From: Isurus oxyrinchus
Lineage: Eukaryota
Direction: 5' to 3'
Assembly (NCBI GenBank): GCA_026770705.1
Contig: JANJGN010000019.1
Location: forward strand, 77,996,001-78,060,000
DNA: 64,000 bases
Below, piece after piece: positions 11,722 through 24,049 of this stretch. Under the pieces are notes generated by a model. That model was given only the letters and a program-made list of their open reading frames with translations, was not told the DNA's origin and ran no database searches. How positions within the stretch are numbered: position 1 is the first letter of the stretch; each line of letters starts with the position of its first letter. Made by a program: the position numbers and the translations under genes.

Positions 11722-13316
11722 ATGTCTACGAAAGGCAAAAAGACTGCAGCCCCCAGGCTTAATGACGCATCACTGGAACTCTTTTGGACAGCGGGGAGGC
11801 CCACTGCGATGTCCTCTATTCCCTGCTCTGGCTGCAAGATAGGCAGTGGCGTGACCAACCAGGTTTGGGAAACGGTGGCAGCAGTGATCAGTGCCAACAC
11901 CATTCACAAGAGGACAGCCACCCAGTACCGCAAGACGATGAATGATGATCTTTGTTCCGCCAATGTAAGTCATTCTTCTCATCACTCTCAACTCTCACAC
12001 TCATATACCCATCTCTCACTCAATGCCAGTTCAAGGGACATCACCATTCACTCTCTTTCTCACACACCTTCGTTGCCCTCATCTCGTCTATGGGACAACT
12101 CACCATCCATTCTTGCCAGGCACGTTTATCATCTGGCTTGCCAGGCATTCTGCTTACACTCCTTCATCTCTATTTATGCAGGACAAGCTGGCAAACAACA
12201 AGAGGGAGATGTCACAGACCGGCGGAGGAATGCTTGAAATCAGGTCCTCACAGACTTGGAAAGCAGAGCCATCCAGCTGGCTGGTGAAGATCTGGACTGT
12301 TCCTGTGCTGATGGTGAGGTTGGTGGTGCTCTACCAAGTGAGGATCCAGCAGTGCAACATCCATCGGACAACCATGCTGTGACCAATGTCTCCTGTTTCA
12401 CAGGCTACTGCCTTGCATTAATTATCTCCCCTTGCTTCCACAGGTACGTCTGGGAAATAGCCAATGGAGTCCATGAACCAGGGCCTCCAATCAAGCCCCG
12501 AAGTAACCTCTGAAGAGGAATCTGGAAGCACCCTCCCTGAAGTCCCATCACAACGCTCACCCATACCCTCCACCAGCACAGAGACACGCACCTCGGTGCA
12601 ACCTAGATTTACAGTAGCCTCAGGATCACAATCTGGTGAGTACATTGCACTGTCTGATCCACAGCATGTGGTGGCAAGGACTTCCCATGTGTCCAGCACT
12701 CGGAGGACTGCTGGAGACGAGAAATTTGCTGAGTCCGAGTCAGCTGACAAGCCTCTGGACTCGGTCGTGTCACAGTTGCTGGAGCTGCAAAGGCAAGCTC
12801 AGAAACATCAGAAAAGGATGTTCGTTGCACTCAGATTGCAAGGCACGATGGAGATGTCCGTCCACCTTCAGGCTGAGGTGACCTTGCACTGCTGCGCGGG
12901 CTCAACTTCATCGTTGACGCCATAGTTGGCCTCCAACATTGTGTACGTGAAAGGGGTGCAGGCAGCTCCATCTCACTCCAGCTGCCCCTTCTCTTCAAGG
13001 AGCCAGGGACCCTTGGACACCCATAGCAAGGAGGATCAGCATGTGAACTCCCCGGGGCCATCCAGGTTCCTCCGAGAGTGTCCGGCCCATCAGAATCTCC
13101 TCTTCCTGTGACCTAAGCAGCTCCTGCTCCACGGGCCGAGGAGGGTGCCACTGCCACACAGCAGGCTTGGGCCCTCCGGGTCTCGGGCCTCCAGAGGATG
13201 CCCACTAAGATCATCCCAGACGGTGTAGCAGTCAGCGTGCTGCCTCGACCTCCACTATTGATGGCCGGGGAACACCAAGACATAGCAGCAGGGTTAGGAA
13301 AGTTAAGACGATGTAG
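11722..13316 (+). pseudogene. Harbinger Myb/SANT-like accessory protein (NAIF1/MSANTD-like), 3 exons
   Basis: MSTKGKKTAAPRLND..WETVAAVISA..RTATQYRKTMND; exon 1 ends 11964|gtaagt; exon 2 12182-12337 (DKLANNKREMSQTGGG); exon 3 from 12444; frameshifts. Confidence 0.8.
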
Positions 13317-14023
13317 GCACACAGCCTGGAGATGGGTGGTAGTCCCTTGTACCTACTGTACACTATTGTCAATATACTTCCAAGAATGTCTCCCTGCCTA
13401 TGGCTCCATGTTCTGATGAGCAGTGTTTTTGTCACTCAGATGTGAAACCTTTCTGCAGAAGATAAAAGGCAGGTGTCTCAGTCCATGGCCTCTTCCCTGT
13501 GCTCTATGCAGCCTTCAGACCAAAGTGATGGCCGGCCTCTCACTCCCTGGACACATAACTGATGCCTGCACCTCGGTGGTGCTTGTCATTGCTGCCAGAA
13601 TGTTGTGGACAGGCGTCACAGAGTACCATGATTCTCTATGTGCGCTCTCAGTACCTTTTTAAGGTGGGGCTGGCCCCCATCTCTTCAGCAACTGTGACCA
13701 GTGACGCTCTGCTCCTGAAGGAGTGAGGTGCCGAAGCCAAACAAAGGATCAGATGCTTTTAAGTTTCATGTCTGCATCCCTATGATATGATCCTGATCAC
13801 AGAGCGCAAGCTAGCTGCCCTTGGCCAGGCAAGAGTCAGACATTCTCAGAGGCTATGTGTAGATAAATGGAGTGTACTCACTGCATGTTGCCGTCATCCT
13901 CCTGCTATTGAGTGACTATTAGGGACTCCACTGCGTCTCCATGACAGGAGCATTATCACAGAGGGTATGTGTGTTGTCATAAACCAGACTGGAGTGAAAC
14001 GTTCATAGATGCAATGTGAGGAT

Positions 14024-15325
14024 CTATGATGTCTCCTCACCCTCCACAAATCTAGCAGCTGTGAGGGCTTCTCGAATGCACCTGCCTAGTCTGGCCAGTG
14101 TGAGGGCCTCATCCCCATCATCATTGCCTTCGAGGACCTCCTCATTCCCATTGATGTCCTGCTCATTGAAGGAGATCTCCAGTTCCTGCATTTCCTCAGC
14201 CAGCTTGTCTCCCCGTTGCAGCGCTAGGTTGTAAAGGGTGCAACAGGTGACGACGATACATGACACCCTCTGTGGACTATATTGCAGGGCTCCACCAGAC
14301 CGGTCCAGGCACCGGAACCTCATTTTCAGCATCCCAATGGTCTGATCCACCGAGCTGCGAGTTGTAGTATGAGCCTTGTTATACCTTCGCTCTGCTGCAG
14401 TTTGAGGCCACTGCACGGGTGTCATCAGCCATGTCCTCTGTGGGTAATCTTTTTCCCTGAGGAGCCCATCCCTGCAGCTTCTCTGGACCCTGGAAGACTT
14501 CAGCGATCTGTGACTGTCTGAGAACGTGGGAATCATGCACACTCACTGGAAACTGTGTGCATACCTGCAGGATGCATTTGTGGTGGTCACACACCAGCTG
14601 CACATTCAGTGAATGGAATCCGTTACAGTTGATATAGTTGACCGTGTGTTGCAACGGAGATCTGAGTGCCACGTGAGTGCAGTTGACGGCACCCTGCACC
14701 TTTGGGGAACCCAAGATCTGGGCAAATCCAATCGCTCTTGCATCCCGGCTGTCCTGGTCCTGGGAAAAATGCACAAAGTTGTGTGCCCTTTTGAAGATGG
14801 CATCCACGACGTCATGGATGCATTTGTGGTTGGAAGCTTGTGATATCCCACAGAGGTCACCTGTGGAACCCTGAAAGGAGCACTTTCACGGTCACTGGCA
14901 GTGGATGCCCTCCATGTCCCCGTGGCGCCAAATCCTGCAGTAGCTGGCAGATGTGACCAACCAGTTCCCTAGACATTTGCAGGTTCTTGGCCATCTGCAG
15001 GAATGAAAAGCGGCGTCTTCAGCCCTGGGTCTAACTAGGTGCCGACTGGCGATGGCACCCTGTGGCTCTTCGGTAGCATGTGCAGGAGTCCCAGCCGGTG
15101 CCTTCCAGAGTGTGCTGCTTCTCCCTCTGTGCAGCCAGGCACTTCAGTCGCTCTCTTCTCCATTGTCTTGAACATGGTACGCTCTCCAATCCCGCAATGA
15201 CCACAGAGACTCAGGCTTCCTTTTAACCGGTTTTATTCAAGCACATGCTCCCTTATTTCCCCCTAACAGTCTTCACTGTCTGTAAGCCACGAGGCATACA
15301 GCTCGTTCACCGGGCTCCATGATGT
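14024..15325 (-). pseudogene. Harbinger transposase (HARBI1-like, DDE_Tnp_4)
   Basis: GAVNCTHV, FHSLNVQLVCD, SVHDS, YNKAHTTTRSSVDQTIGMLKMRFRCL, IVVTCCTLYNLA; frameshifted, first catalytic D changed to N. Confidence 0.9.
15169..15268 (-). mobile_element. 100-bp miniature solo LTR
   Basis: TG...CA termini, 4-bp TSD gtct (15165-68, 15269-72), AATAAA on the minus strand. Confidence 0.6.
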
Positions 15326-18300
15326 ACTCCTGCAGGATGAAAGCGAAAGATACGTGGGTTAGCATGGGTGTAATAAGAATCGGTCTTGGTTAAGTCTGAA
15401 GGCCTCTTAATGCATCCCGGAGAGTGCTAGCCACCATTTGGATAGCCAGATGTTAGTGCACTGCATGGGTGTCCGAAACCCCGCCACTTCTGCCCACTCC
15501 ACCTGTCCGATTGGCGGCAGCCTTGCCTATTGGACTGCAATTTGTGCTCTCAGCTCAGGCATTCTCCTAACCTGCTCTGCAAGGCTGTGCTGTTAGCTTG
15601 AATCATGGGGGAGACTGGTCCAAACCAGGATGCTGACGTTGCAAGGGTCTGTGAGTGCCTCCACCAGTAACTGCTCCATGGACAGCTTTAACAAGGAGAT
15701 TGTACAGCGTGCCCAGTCATCTAGCTGTTCTGCAGTCCACTAAAAACGCTCATTACTTTGCAGTCTGTGCCTGAGGGGTGAAAAGCTCTGGAGCAGTTGG
15801 TGACACTTTGATGCCTCTGCGTTGTTTGAGTGGGCAGATAAGTTAGAGGCCCGACTCCAATTATATCAATGTGGCTGCACCTGAACTGTCTAAGCAGCAG
15901 AGGAGTGGTCACTTTATACAAGGTTTCCCTAATGTGTGGCCGCTTCCCTCATCCACCTTCCTGCATGTGCTTGTCTGCCATCTTCAGTGGCAGGTGAGTC
16001 CTTGTCCTCCTCCACCTCCAACATACCTCAACCTTGAAGTCCAACAGGCAACCCAGGCAAGTGCTCTGCAACATTACCATGTACCCACCTCTGACTTCCC
16101 TTCAAGTGCACGCCTTTTATATGCCGTTGTGAAACGTGTTGGCGTACAACGATGAGGTTCCCGACTTCTGATACTAGGAAACGTGGCCCGTCGTCAGCGG
16201 AGTAGACGATCACAAACTGTTTCACAACGTTGTGAAACCAATTTTTGGCCTTGTCGCCATGTTGTCCGCTTATGCCACTGAACACGCCCAACGCCAGCGG
16301 GCACAGAAAATCCCAGCCTATGTTTTTGTTTTGTTGTATGCTTCACTGCAAATGCATAAAATATTAAGGAAAAGAGGCTAGTTTTCAAGAAGAAATGTTC
16401 TTTGATTGTAAGGAAGGGGTGTCCAGTAGTAGTGGGTGTGGAATGTGAGTGCTAGTTTAGCAGTCTAAAATATTTGCAAGGCTGCATTAATTCCTTAACA
16501 TTCTGGTTCAGTTTTAAATGTCCCATAGACTGCAGAAGAATGTCTGTTTTGTGCATTAATTGAATATGGTGTCTGCTTAGATCAGTGATAGAGCATGTGG
16601 AGGCTTGAGAATATTAATATGTTGGGGGAGGGGAGTAGAAAATAAAGGTTTAACCTCTGTTTCTGAGCCAGTCTTCACTTATGTGGCCCTTTTGCAAACA
16701 AACACTTCAGACTATGCAATTCAATTGTATAATTTTCATTCCTTAACTGGATTGGCAACTTCATAAAAGTTGGAAATTTGCCTCTTGAGACTGGAGAAGA
16801 TTCTAAATTTTTTCTTTATTCTCAACATATTTTGAAATTGGTTCTCCCTTTTGCTCATGATGGGAAAAACATAGCATTTTATATTGACATTGAAAGTGAA
16901 ATTGTCCAGATAGATGTGAAGTCCCAGCCCTCTGAGTATGTATTTTCCTTGCATTGAAGCCTGTATAAGAGCAAGAGAGAAACTTTTGGTTGTGCTTGAC
17001 AGTGTGTGTATGTGTGTGTGGTTGGATTGGTAGGTGTTGGAAGGAAATGGTAATTGTTATGTAATCTTTATTAAAACTTCCTACTAGGATATTTGCTTCT
17101 TTTCTGGTTGTGTTCCTTCCATTTAAACAAAAAAAGGCACAATAGTGGCATTTGACCCATTTGCACAGTAATACTGTTGATGGAAACGTGTGCTCCACTT
17201 CTGATTCTGATAAAAGATGCTCTGAGTTCATTTACTGCATTTGGCAAGGAAAATAATATATTTGTAATTTGTTAAATTATTAATTTTAATAAAGTAAAAC
17301 ATAGGGCAACAAATGAAGATTACTGCTAGTCATTTGTTGTATAATTGTCTCCAAACATTTTTAAATTTGCAATGTTCACAAATTCAATTTTTTTTAAAGC
17401 CATTTCTACATCTAGTTTTGATTTTGTAGAGTCAGCGGTTGGTGATCGCATTGAGATAAGTGAATTACCGTCTGCTACTCTCACCTTGAGGTTGACTCCT
17501 GATTTGTGTTATTGGTTCTATAACAGCCTTGGATTCCGCCTAGTAGAATTTTTCTGGTTTCTCCTGATAATAGCCGCGACTTCTGTGCCTGATTTCTGTG
17601 TATAGCTAGAATGATGAGTAGCTTATTTTGCAGAGACCTGCAAAACATTTGTGGTGAACTAGTATCTTTATTGCATCAGTACTTATTTAAATCCCCAAAC
17701 CATGGCAGTCCATCCTTCCTTAGCCATTCCTTTCATCCCTCCCATATCATCCCATCTCACCTTCTTCCTGTGCCACCCCATGCCCAATTCCATCCCCCCC
17801 ATTCCATCCCAGCCCAATTCCACACCTCCCTGGCCATTCCCCTCCCACCTCCCATAGTGTTTCTATCCACCCCTCTCCCCGTGCCATTCCGCTTTGGATC
17901 CGTGTCACCGTCATCATGAGCGAAGTAATTGAGGCTGGAGAGTAGCGGCAGCTGGTGGCCAGTAACCTAGAGCAGGGAGTGACAAAGCCTATTGGCCAGT
18001 AGCCGAGGCTAAGGGCTGCCAGGTCCAGGGCCAGCAACTGATGCCGGGGATCGGCAGAGTCTGGGAGCCAGTAACTGTGCACGTACGTGTCAGGCTCCAC
18101 CCACCAACCAATCTGAAAACGTGGACAGACAGAAACTGTATTTAGATTGTGAGCAATTCCCGTAAGCTTTCATAAATTTTATATTGGTTTCTGTTGTTTT
18201 CCTTTCTAGTCATAAAGAAAGCATGCTTTCTTATTTTATTATTTCTTATTTCTTATATTGATGTGAATCATGCACCCAGATTAATATTTAACATTTGCAA

Positions 18301-18629
18301 TCTCCCTCTCTTTTTCTCTCTCCCTTTAATGCTCTATTCCCTCCTTGCTCCCTCCGCTCTTGTCTGCTCCTCCAACTGTGCTGTAATTTCTCCTCACTAC
18401 TCTACTACCCTCCTCCTCATTTTAACCTCTTCATCCCCTCCTCGCTTGCTGCTTCCTCCTTCCTTCACCCACTGTTGATTCACTCAGTAAGTACATTTAT
18501 CATTAAACCTCTTGTGTGCAATGTCAAGGGAGATTTGCCTTGCACGTTTAACAAAGGAACAAATTAAAGTATGCTAGGAATTAATTCAATGTTGCTTAAT
18601 CTTAATGCGGACAATTTGCATTTCTATAT

Positions 18630-20860
18630 CATAGAATCAGAAACTTACAGCACATCACATCATCTGACCTGTCATGTCTATGGTGGTGCTTTGAAAGAAC
18701 AATAGTATTTAGCTCTTTATCCCCACTTTTTGTCCACAAACCTGCAAGAGACTCCTCCTCCAGTACCTGTGCAACACCCTTTAAAAACAATTTATGGAAT
18801 CAGCTTCCATCAACTTTTCAGGTAGTGCGTTCCTGTTCCCAATAACTCTTCCCTCTAGATCTTTTGGCAACGATTTTAAATCTATGACATCTGTCATTGA
18901 TCCACTCACCAGAGAGAATAGTTTTTCTTTCTCAACCCTCTCAAAACTTCTCATCATTTTGAAAACCTTGATTAGGTAAACTCTTAACCTTCACTGCTCC
19001 AAGGAGAACAGTCCTAACCTTGCCCATTTCTCTTCATAACTGGAGTCCCTCATCCGTGGTAACATCCTGGTAAACGTTGCTGCACCCTTTCTAAGGCCTT
19101 TACATCTTTCCTGAAATTTGATGCTAAGCATTGGCAACAGTACTCCACCTGAGGCCTAACCAGTGATTTATGAAGTTTGAGCATGATCTCTGCTTTTATA
19201 TTCTATTCCTCTGTTTATAAAGCAGATTTTATAAAGTAACCCGTATTTTTTTATACCCCTTATCAACTTGTCCTGACGCACTGAAGGGCTTGTGTAGACT
19301 GACACCAAGGTCTCTGCCCACCAACTTGTTTCATTTATAGTATGCTATCTTTCCATATTACTCATCCAAAAGTGCATCACTTCACACTTCTTGCATTGAA
19401 AACCATCTGCCATGCTCCTGCCCATTTTGCCATCCTGTCTGTCATCCTGAAGTCTACAACTATTGTCACTATCTACTACTTTGCTAAGTTCCATATAATC
19501 TCCAAAACTTGACAATCCAGCTCCCTACACCCTAGGTAGTCTATAAAAATTACAATGAGTAATGGGCCCAAAACTGACCCTTGGCAGCACCACTGTAAAC
19601 TACTTCCTGTTACTGAGCCAGTTCTGTATCCATCCCGTCACTTTCCATGGTTTTCCATCTTAATAAGTCTCCTATGTGACATTTTGACTTCCAAAAATTC
19701 ATATATACAATATCTGCTGCAATACTTTGATCTACCTCTGTTATCTCATTGAAGGATTCAACAAGTTAATCAGACACTATTTACCTTTAACAAATCTATG
19801 CTGACTCTTCTTGATTAACCCATGCGTTTCCAAATTAATGTTTATTTTGTTTCCGATAATAGTTTCCAGTAACTTCCCCACTGCCAATGTAGTCTGTAGT
19901 TTCCTGCTTTATCTTGCGCTGCTTCCTTGAATAGTAGTATAACATTAGCAAGCATCCAGTCCTCCAGCAGTAATCCTGCATCTAGTGAGGATTGAAAGAT
20001 TGTGAGCAACGCCTCTGCTATTTCAACCTTCGCTCCCTTCAGCAACCTAGGATGCATTCCATCTAGACCAGGGGACTTACCAATTTTCAGTAAAGCTGAT
20101 CATTTTAGGATGTTTTCTTTATCTGTTACATTTGTGTCTATAACTTCCCTTCCTCTTTTAGTGTAACCTTCACATCATCCACTTCCTTTGTGAAGATAGA
20201 TGCAAAGTACTCATTTAATACTTTAACCATGTCCTCTGCTTCTACATGAAGATTTCCATTTAGGTTCTTAATAAGCCTTTACCCCTAGCAAACCACTTAC
20301 ACTTTATATGTTTACAAAATGTTTTAAGGTTTAATTTAATGTTATCTTAATCTCCTTTTGCCTCCATATTTTTTTAAAATCCCTCCTGTACTTTCCATGA
20401 CCTTCTGGTTATTAACTGAATATTGTTCTTAACATTTGTCATAAACCTCCCTTTTGTTTTATTTTAAATTTTATTCATCATCCAAAGCACATTATCTTTG
20501 GATGTTCTACAAAGATATTCGCTTCAAAGAAATATGCCCAGTTGGTTTCTGAACATTCTCTGAATGTGCTTCATTGCTCTGTTACTGCTTTACTCTACAA
20601 GCATCTTTTCCAATCTACCAATCTAAGGCCTTTCTTAAATCACTGAAATTAGTTCTTCCCTGGTTGAAAATTTTTACTTTTGATTTTTTATGGTCTATTT
20701 CCATAATTACTTTAAACTGAATTATGTTGTGGTCACTCTTAGCTAGATGATCTACTGTAACACATTGTACTTTCCCTACTTCACGGCGAACAGAACTCCA
20801 TACACTACTCCAGTTATGGTCTTACCATGGGTCGATACAGGTATAACATAACTTCTCTAC
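18630..20860 (-). mobile_element. old CR1 LINE ORF2/3'UTR remnants
   Basis: ORF 19842-20057 'MHPRLLKGAKVEIAEALLTIFQSSL..EDW..ANV..LFK..GNYR'. Confidence 0.85.
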
Positions 20861-20954
20861 TTGTAAACTGGGGAGATGATGGCATAGTGCTATCCAGAGG
20901 CTATTTCTCTGGGGCCATTGGTTCAAATCCCACCATGGCAGCTGGATAAAGAGA

Positions 20955-21225
20955 GTGCATAGATTTAAAGTAAATAACAAAGGAAGCAAAAGCAATATGA
21001 GGAAAAACCTTTTCACACAGCAAGTAGTTAGGGTATGGAATGCACTGCCTGAGAGCGTGGTGGAGGCAGGTTCAGTTGAGGCATTCAGGAGGGAATTGAA
21101 AAGAAACAATCTTCAGGGTTATGCAGAGAAGGCAGGAGAATGGTACTTGGTGAACTGCTCAATCAGAGAGCTGATGCAAACACAATGGGCTGAATGGCCT
21201 CCTGCACTGTAATAATACTGTGACT
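20955..21225 (+). mobile_element. CR1 3' end
   Basis: 'RKNLFTQQVVRVWNALPESVVEAGSVEAFRREL'. Confidence 0.85.
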
Positions 21226-22782
21226 TTGGTGCAGTCCCCCTCAGTATCGACTATCTGTGTCAAATTGATGTCATCTGCAAATTTATAAATTGTATTTTTG
21301 ATTCCAAAGATCAATAAATTTGGCAGCTGAACTCTTAACTGTCTAACTTGTTTTAAACTATTGAAATCCTCTCTGCTTCAATCACTAACCCCTTTAATGC
21401 ATTCCACAGCCTCACAACCTGTTAATAAAATTTCTGCTACTCTATGTCCTAAACCTCCTGCATTTAATTTTGCATGTATCTAGCTCATTGGGTATTGGGG
21501 TTAGAAATGGGCATCAGTCATTTTATAAATGGAGAATGCTGATCGTTTACAATAAAATGAGAAAATGACACATACACTGTTATCATCTGAGAAAGAAAAG
21601 TTAAATGTTTCAGTATGACCTCTTCATTACACTGGTGAAGAGCACCACCCAGAACATGAGCTTGTTTTCTCTGTTTCAGATTCTGACCAATATGCGATGC
21701 ATTTCCATCAATTGTCTTTTGTTGTGCTGTCATTAGTTTAATGTCACATGATACGTTCAAGCTTTTCTCACAGAGGGAGCTAAATTTTCCCTCTGCTGCA
21801 TGCAACTGATAATTGAAAACTTATATAGATTCTGCTTAGTAAGACACAGTTGTTCCCCCCAAAATATATTATTCCCCCTTCTCATAAATGTAATTCCAAG
21901 ATGTTGGATATGCACATGGTTCCATCATCTATCAGTGATCTTGGAAAGATGAACTGTATGGCCATACAAGCTGTGCTTAGGTGCTACATTTTGCAGGATG
22001 ATTTCTATCAAATGCACTGCCCGAAGTAAAAGAAGGAAGCAAAGATCATTTATTATTATTGATTTTGTTAAACAATCTGCACCTGCTAAGTTTTGATTTT
22101 AATTATATACTGATTTATGGTTGGATTTGTACTTTTGCTGTGGTCATGTGTAAGCACTATCTGAAGCATAAATAAGAGATTAAATGACTGAAAGATTGAA
22201 TGGACCAAAGAAAATCATAACACTGTGAGCTCAGTCAGAAATTGTCCCATCAACACAAACCCTTCATGTTATCTACTATAAATTTAGGCATCCTTGCATT
22301 TAAGAACATGTGAAGCATGAGCAGGAGTGTACTATATGGCCGCTCAAGCCTGTTGCACCATTTAATACAATCATGTCTGATCTTCAGCCTCAACTGCACT
22401 TTCCTACTCGCTCTCCATATCCCTTGATTCCCTGAGAGAGCAAGAATGTCTCTATCTAGGCCTTAAATATATTCCACACTGGAGCAGCCATAACCCTCTG
22501 GATTACAGAATTCCAAAGATTCACAGCCCTTTGAATGAAGAAATTTCTTCTCATCTCAGTCCCAAGTCATTAGCTCCTTATCCTGAGACTGTGCCCCAGT
22601 GTCCTGGATTCCCTAGCCAAGGAAAACAACCTCTGAGTTTACCCTGTCAAGCATGTTCAGAACCTTTTAATGTTTCAATGAGATCACCTCTCATCCTTCA
22701 GGGCAACCCTGTCACCTCAGGATCCAATCTCAAGAAGCTTTGCTGTATGACCTCCAATGAAAGTATAAACTTCCTTAGGTAT

Positions 22783-22953
22783 TGTTTCAAGTTCAAGGAC
22801 AACAGTGCTGCTTCACTGTTTGTCTCAGTGAGAGGTCTTTATTGAACTGTCTGTTAGGATATTTGCCTCCACAGACACAGCCTCATGGCATAATCACATG
22901 ACTATGGAAAGCCAGATGTGACATCAGACTGATTGCATTTCAAAACCCAGACA
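22783..22953 (-). repeat. 3' LTR
   Basis: Direct repeat of 25482-25654, roughly 85% identical by eye; adjacent polypurine tract. Confidence 0.9.
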
Positions 22954-23520
22954 TCCCCCTTTACATATCGAACAAAAGAAACAAACGTCCCCCTTTTCCT
23001 AGCGAACAGATGACACATTTGCATGCACGATCCTGTGTGACTGAGTTACCCAAGTTATCCACTATTTTCATGCATTAACAACTGTTTGTTTTACTAGTCA
23101 GCCACTGCACATGTATTGTATACACAGTCTTTAAATCGTGCTGGTCTCTTAATGGTATGCATGTGGGTTGGCATTGGCCGCTCATCTAAGTGATGTTCTT
23201 TGTCTGCAGAGTGTCTTTCCTCTGGCCCTTGTTGCCTTGATGACTGTTGTTGTTCCATTGTGGTTGTTGGGGATATTTGGATCTCTGGGATTGACAGTAG
23301 TTCTGTACGCAGTACCGCTGGTGAGACCCCTTCTTCTTGACTGGTCAATTGCTGTGAAGGAACAGCTTCACTAGTTGATCATATACCCCTGCGATTGTGC
23401 TGGTATATTTGGTTGCTCACTTCCACTATGTATGATCAAGGTGACAGTTTCTCTATATGTCCCAAGTTTACACGTGGGCTGACTCCTATTGAGAGCATTG
23501 AGGGTTTGTACCCTGACTGG

Positions 23521-23885
23521 CTCCTCATATTCTTCCATGGTTACATAGTGATTCTTCAAGGAATCTTTCAAGGTTGCAACTTCTTGGCGTGCCTTTTCTG
23601 TCTACTGTTTTGCCTGGCTGTACATCTGGTTGAGTTTTTTCAACTCCAACTTTGAGTTGCCAACTGTGGAATTGAGGGTTATTATTTCCTCCTGATACCT
23701 TTTGTGTTGTTTCTGAAATTTGTTTGTTCAGACCTCATACAGTTTGGTTCATTGAAGACTTCAATTTATCATGTGTTGTCAAAGGTATATATTCAGCTGA
23801 ATCTTGCCCTTCAAATCTTCCAGTTCAGCTCTGATGTGTACATTTTCCTGTAAAGCTGCTTCATTTACCTTCAACTTGTGCATTT
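23521..23885 (-). pseudogene. captured fragment resembling the UACA/RAI14/ANKRD24-family coiled coil
   Basis: Frameshift-corrected ...AELEDLKGKIQAEYIPLTTHDKLKSSMNQTV*GLNKQISETTQK and RYQEEIITLNSTVGNSKLELKKLNQMYSQAKQ*TEKARQEVATLKDSLKNHYVTMEEYEE; aligns ungapped with recalled UACA blocks. Confidence 0.7.
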
Positions 23886-23934
23886 CATTGCACTGATGTG
23901 GTCAGTAACCATCTTGTGGTTTACTTAAATATTG

Positions 23935-24048
23935 TCTCCCTTGCTCTGGAGTCTTTTGTTTCCCTCCCTCTGGGGTTTTCTGTTACCTTCTCTCTGGAGT
24001 CATTTGCTGCCCTCCCTGTGGGGTCTTTTGCTGCCCTTTCTCTGTTGG
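23935..24048. repeat. 24-bp tandem repeat, about 4.5 copies
   Basis: gtcttttgtttccctccctctggg / gttttctgttaccttctctctgga / gtcatttgctgccctccctgtggg / gtcttttgctgccctttctctgtt. Confidence 0.8.
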
Positions 24049-24049
24049 C

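Larger units (their letters stand above)
11447..16318. mobile_element. PIF/Harbinger DNA transposon 1 (complete ends, decayed)
   Basis: Ends gggcggaattgtcc and agaaaatcccagcc; TSD TAT (11444-46, 16319-21); convergent Myb-like and transposase genes. Confidence 0.9.

Noticed and set aside
14024-14860. Domesticated HARBI1 gene
   Set aside because: Frameshifts, mutated catalytic motifs, and flanking TIRs/TSD with a partner Myb gene show it is a dead transposon.
23521-23885. Exon of a resident host UACA-like gene
   Set aside because: It lies between LTRs, has stops, frameshifts and a deletion, and lacks splice sites; it is better explained as captured sequence.
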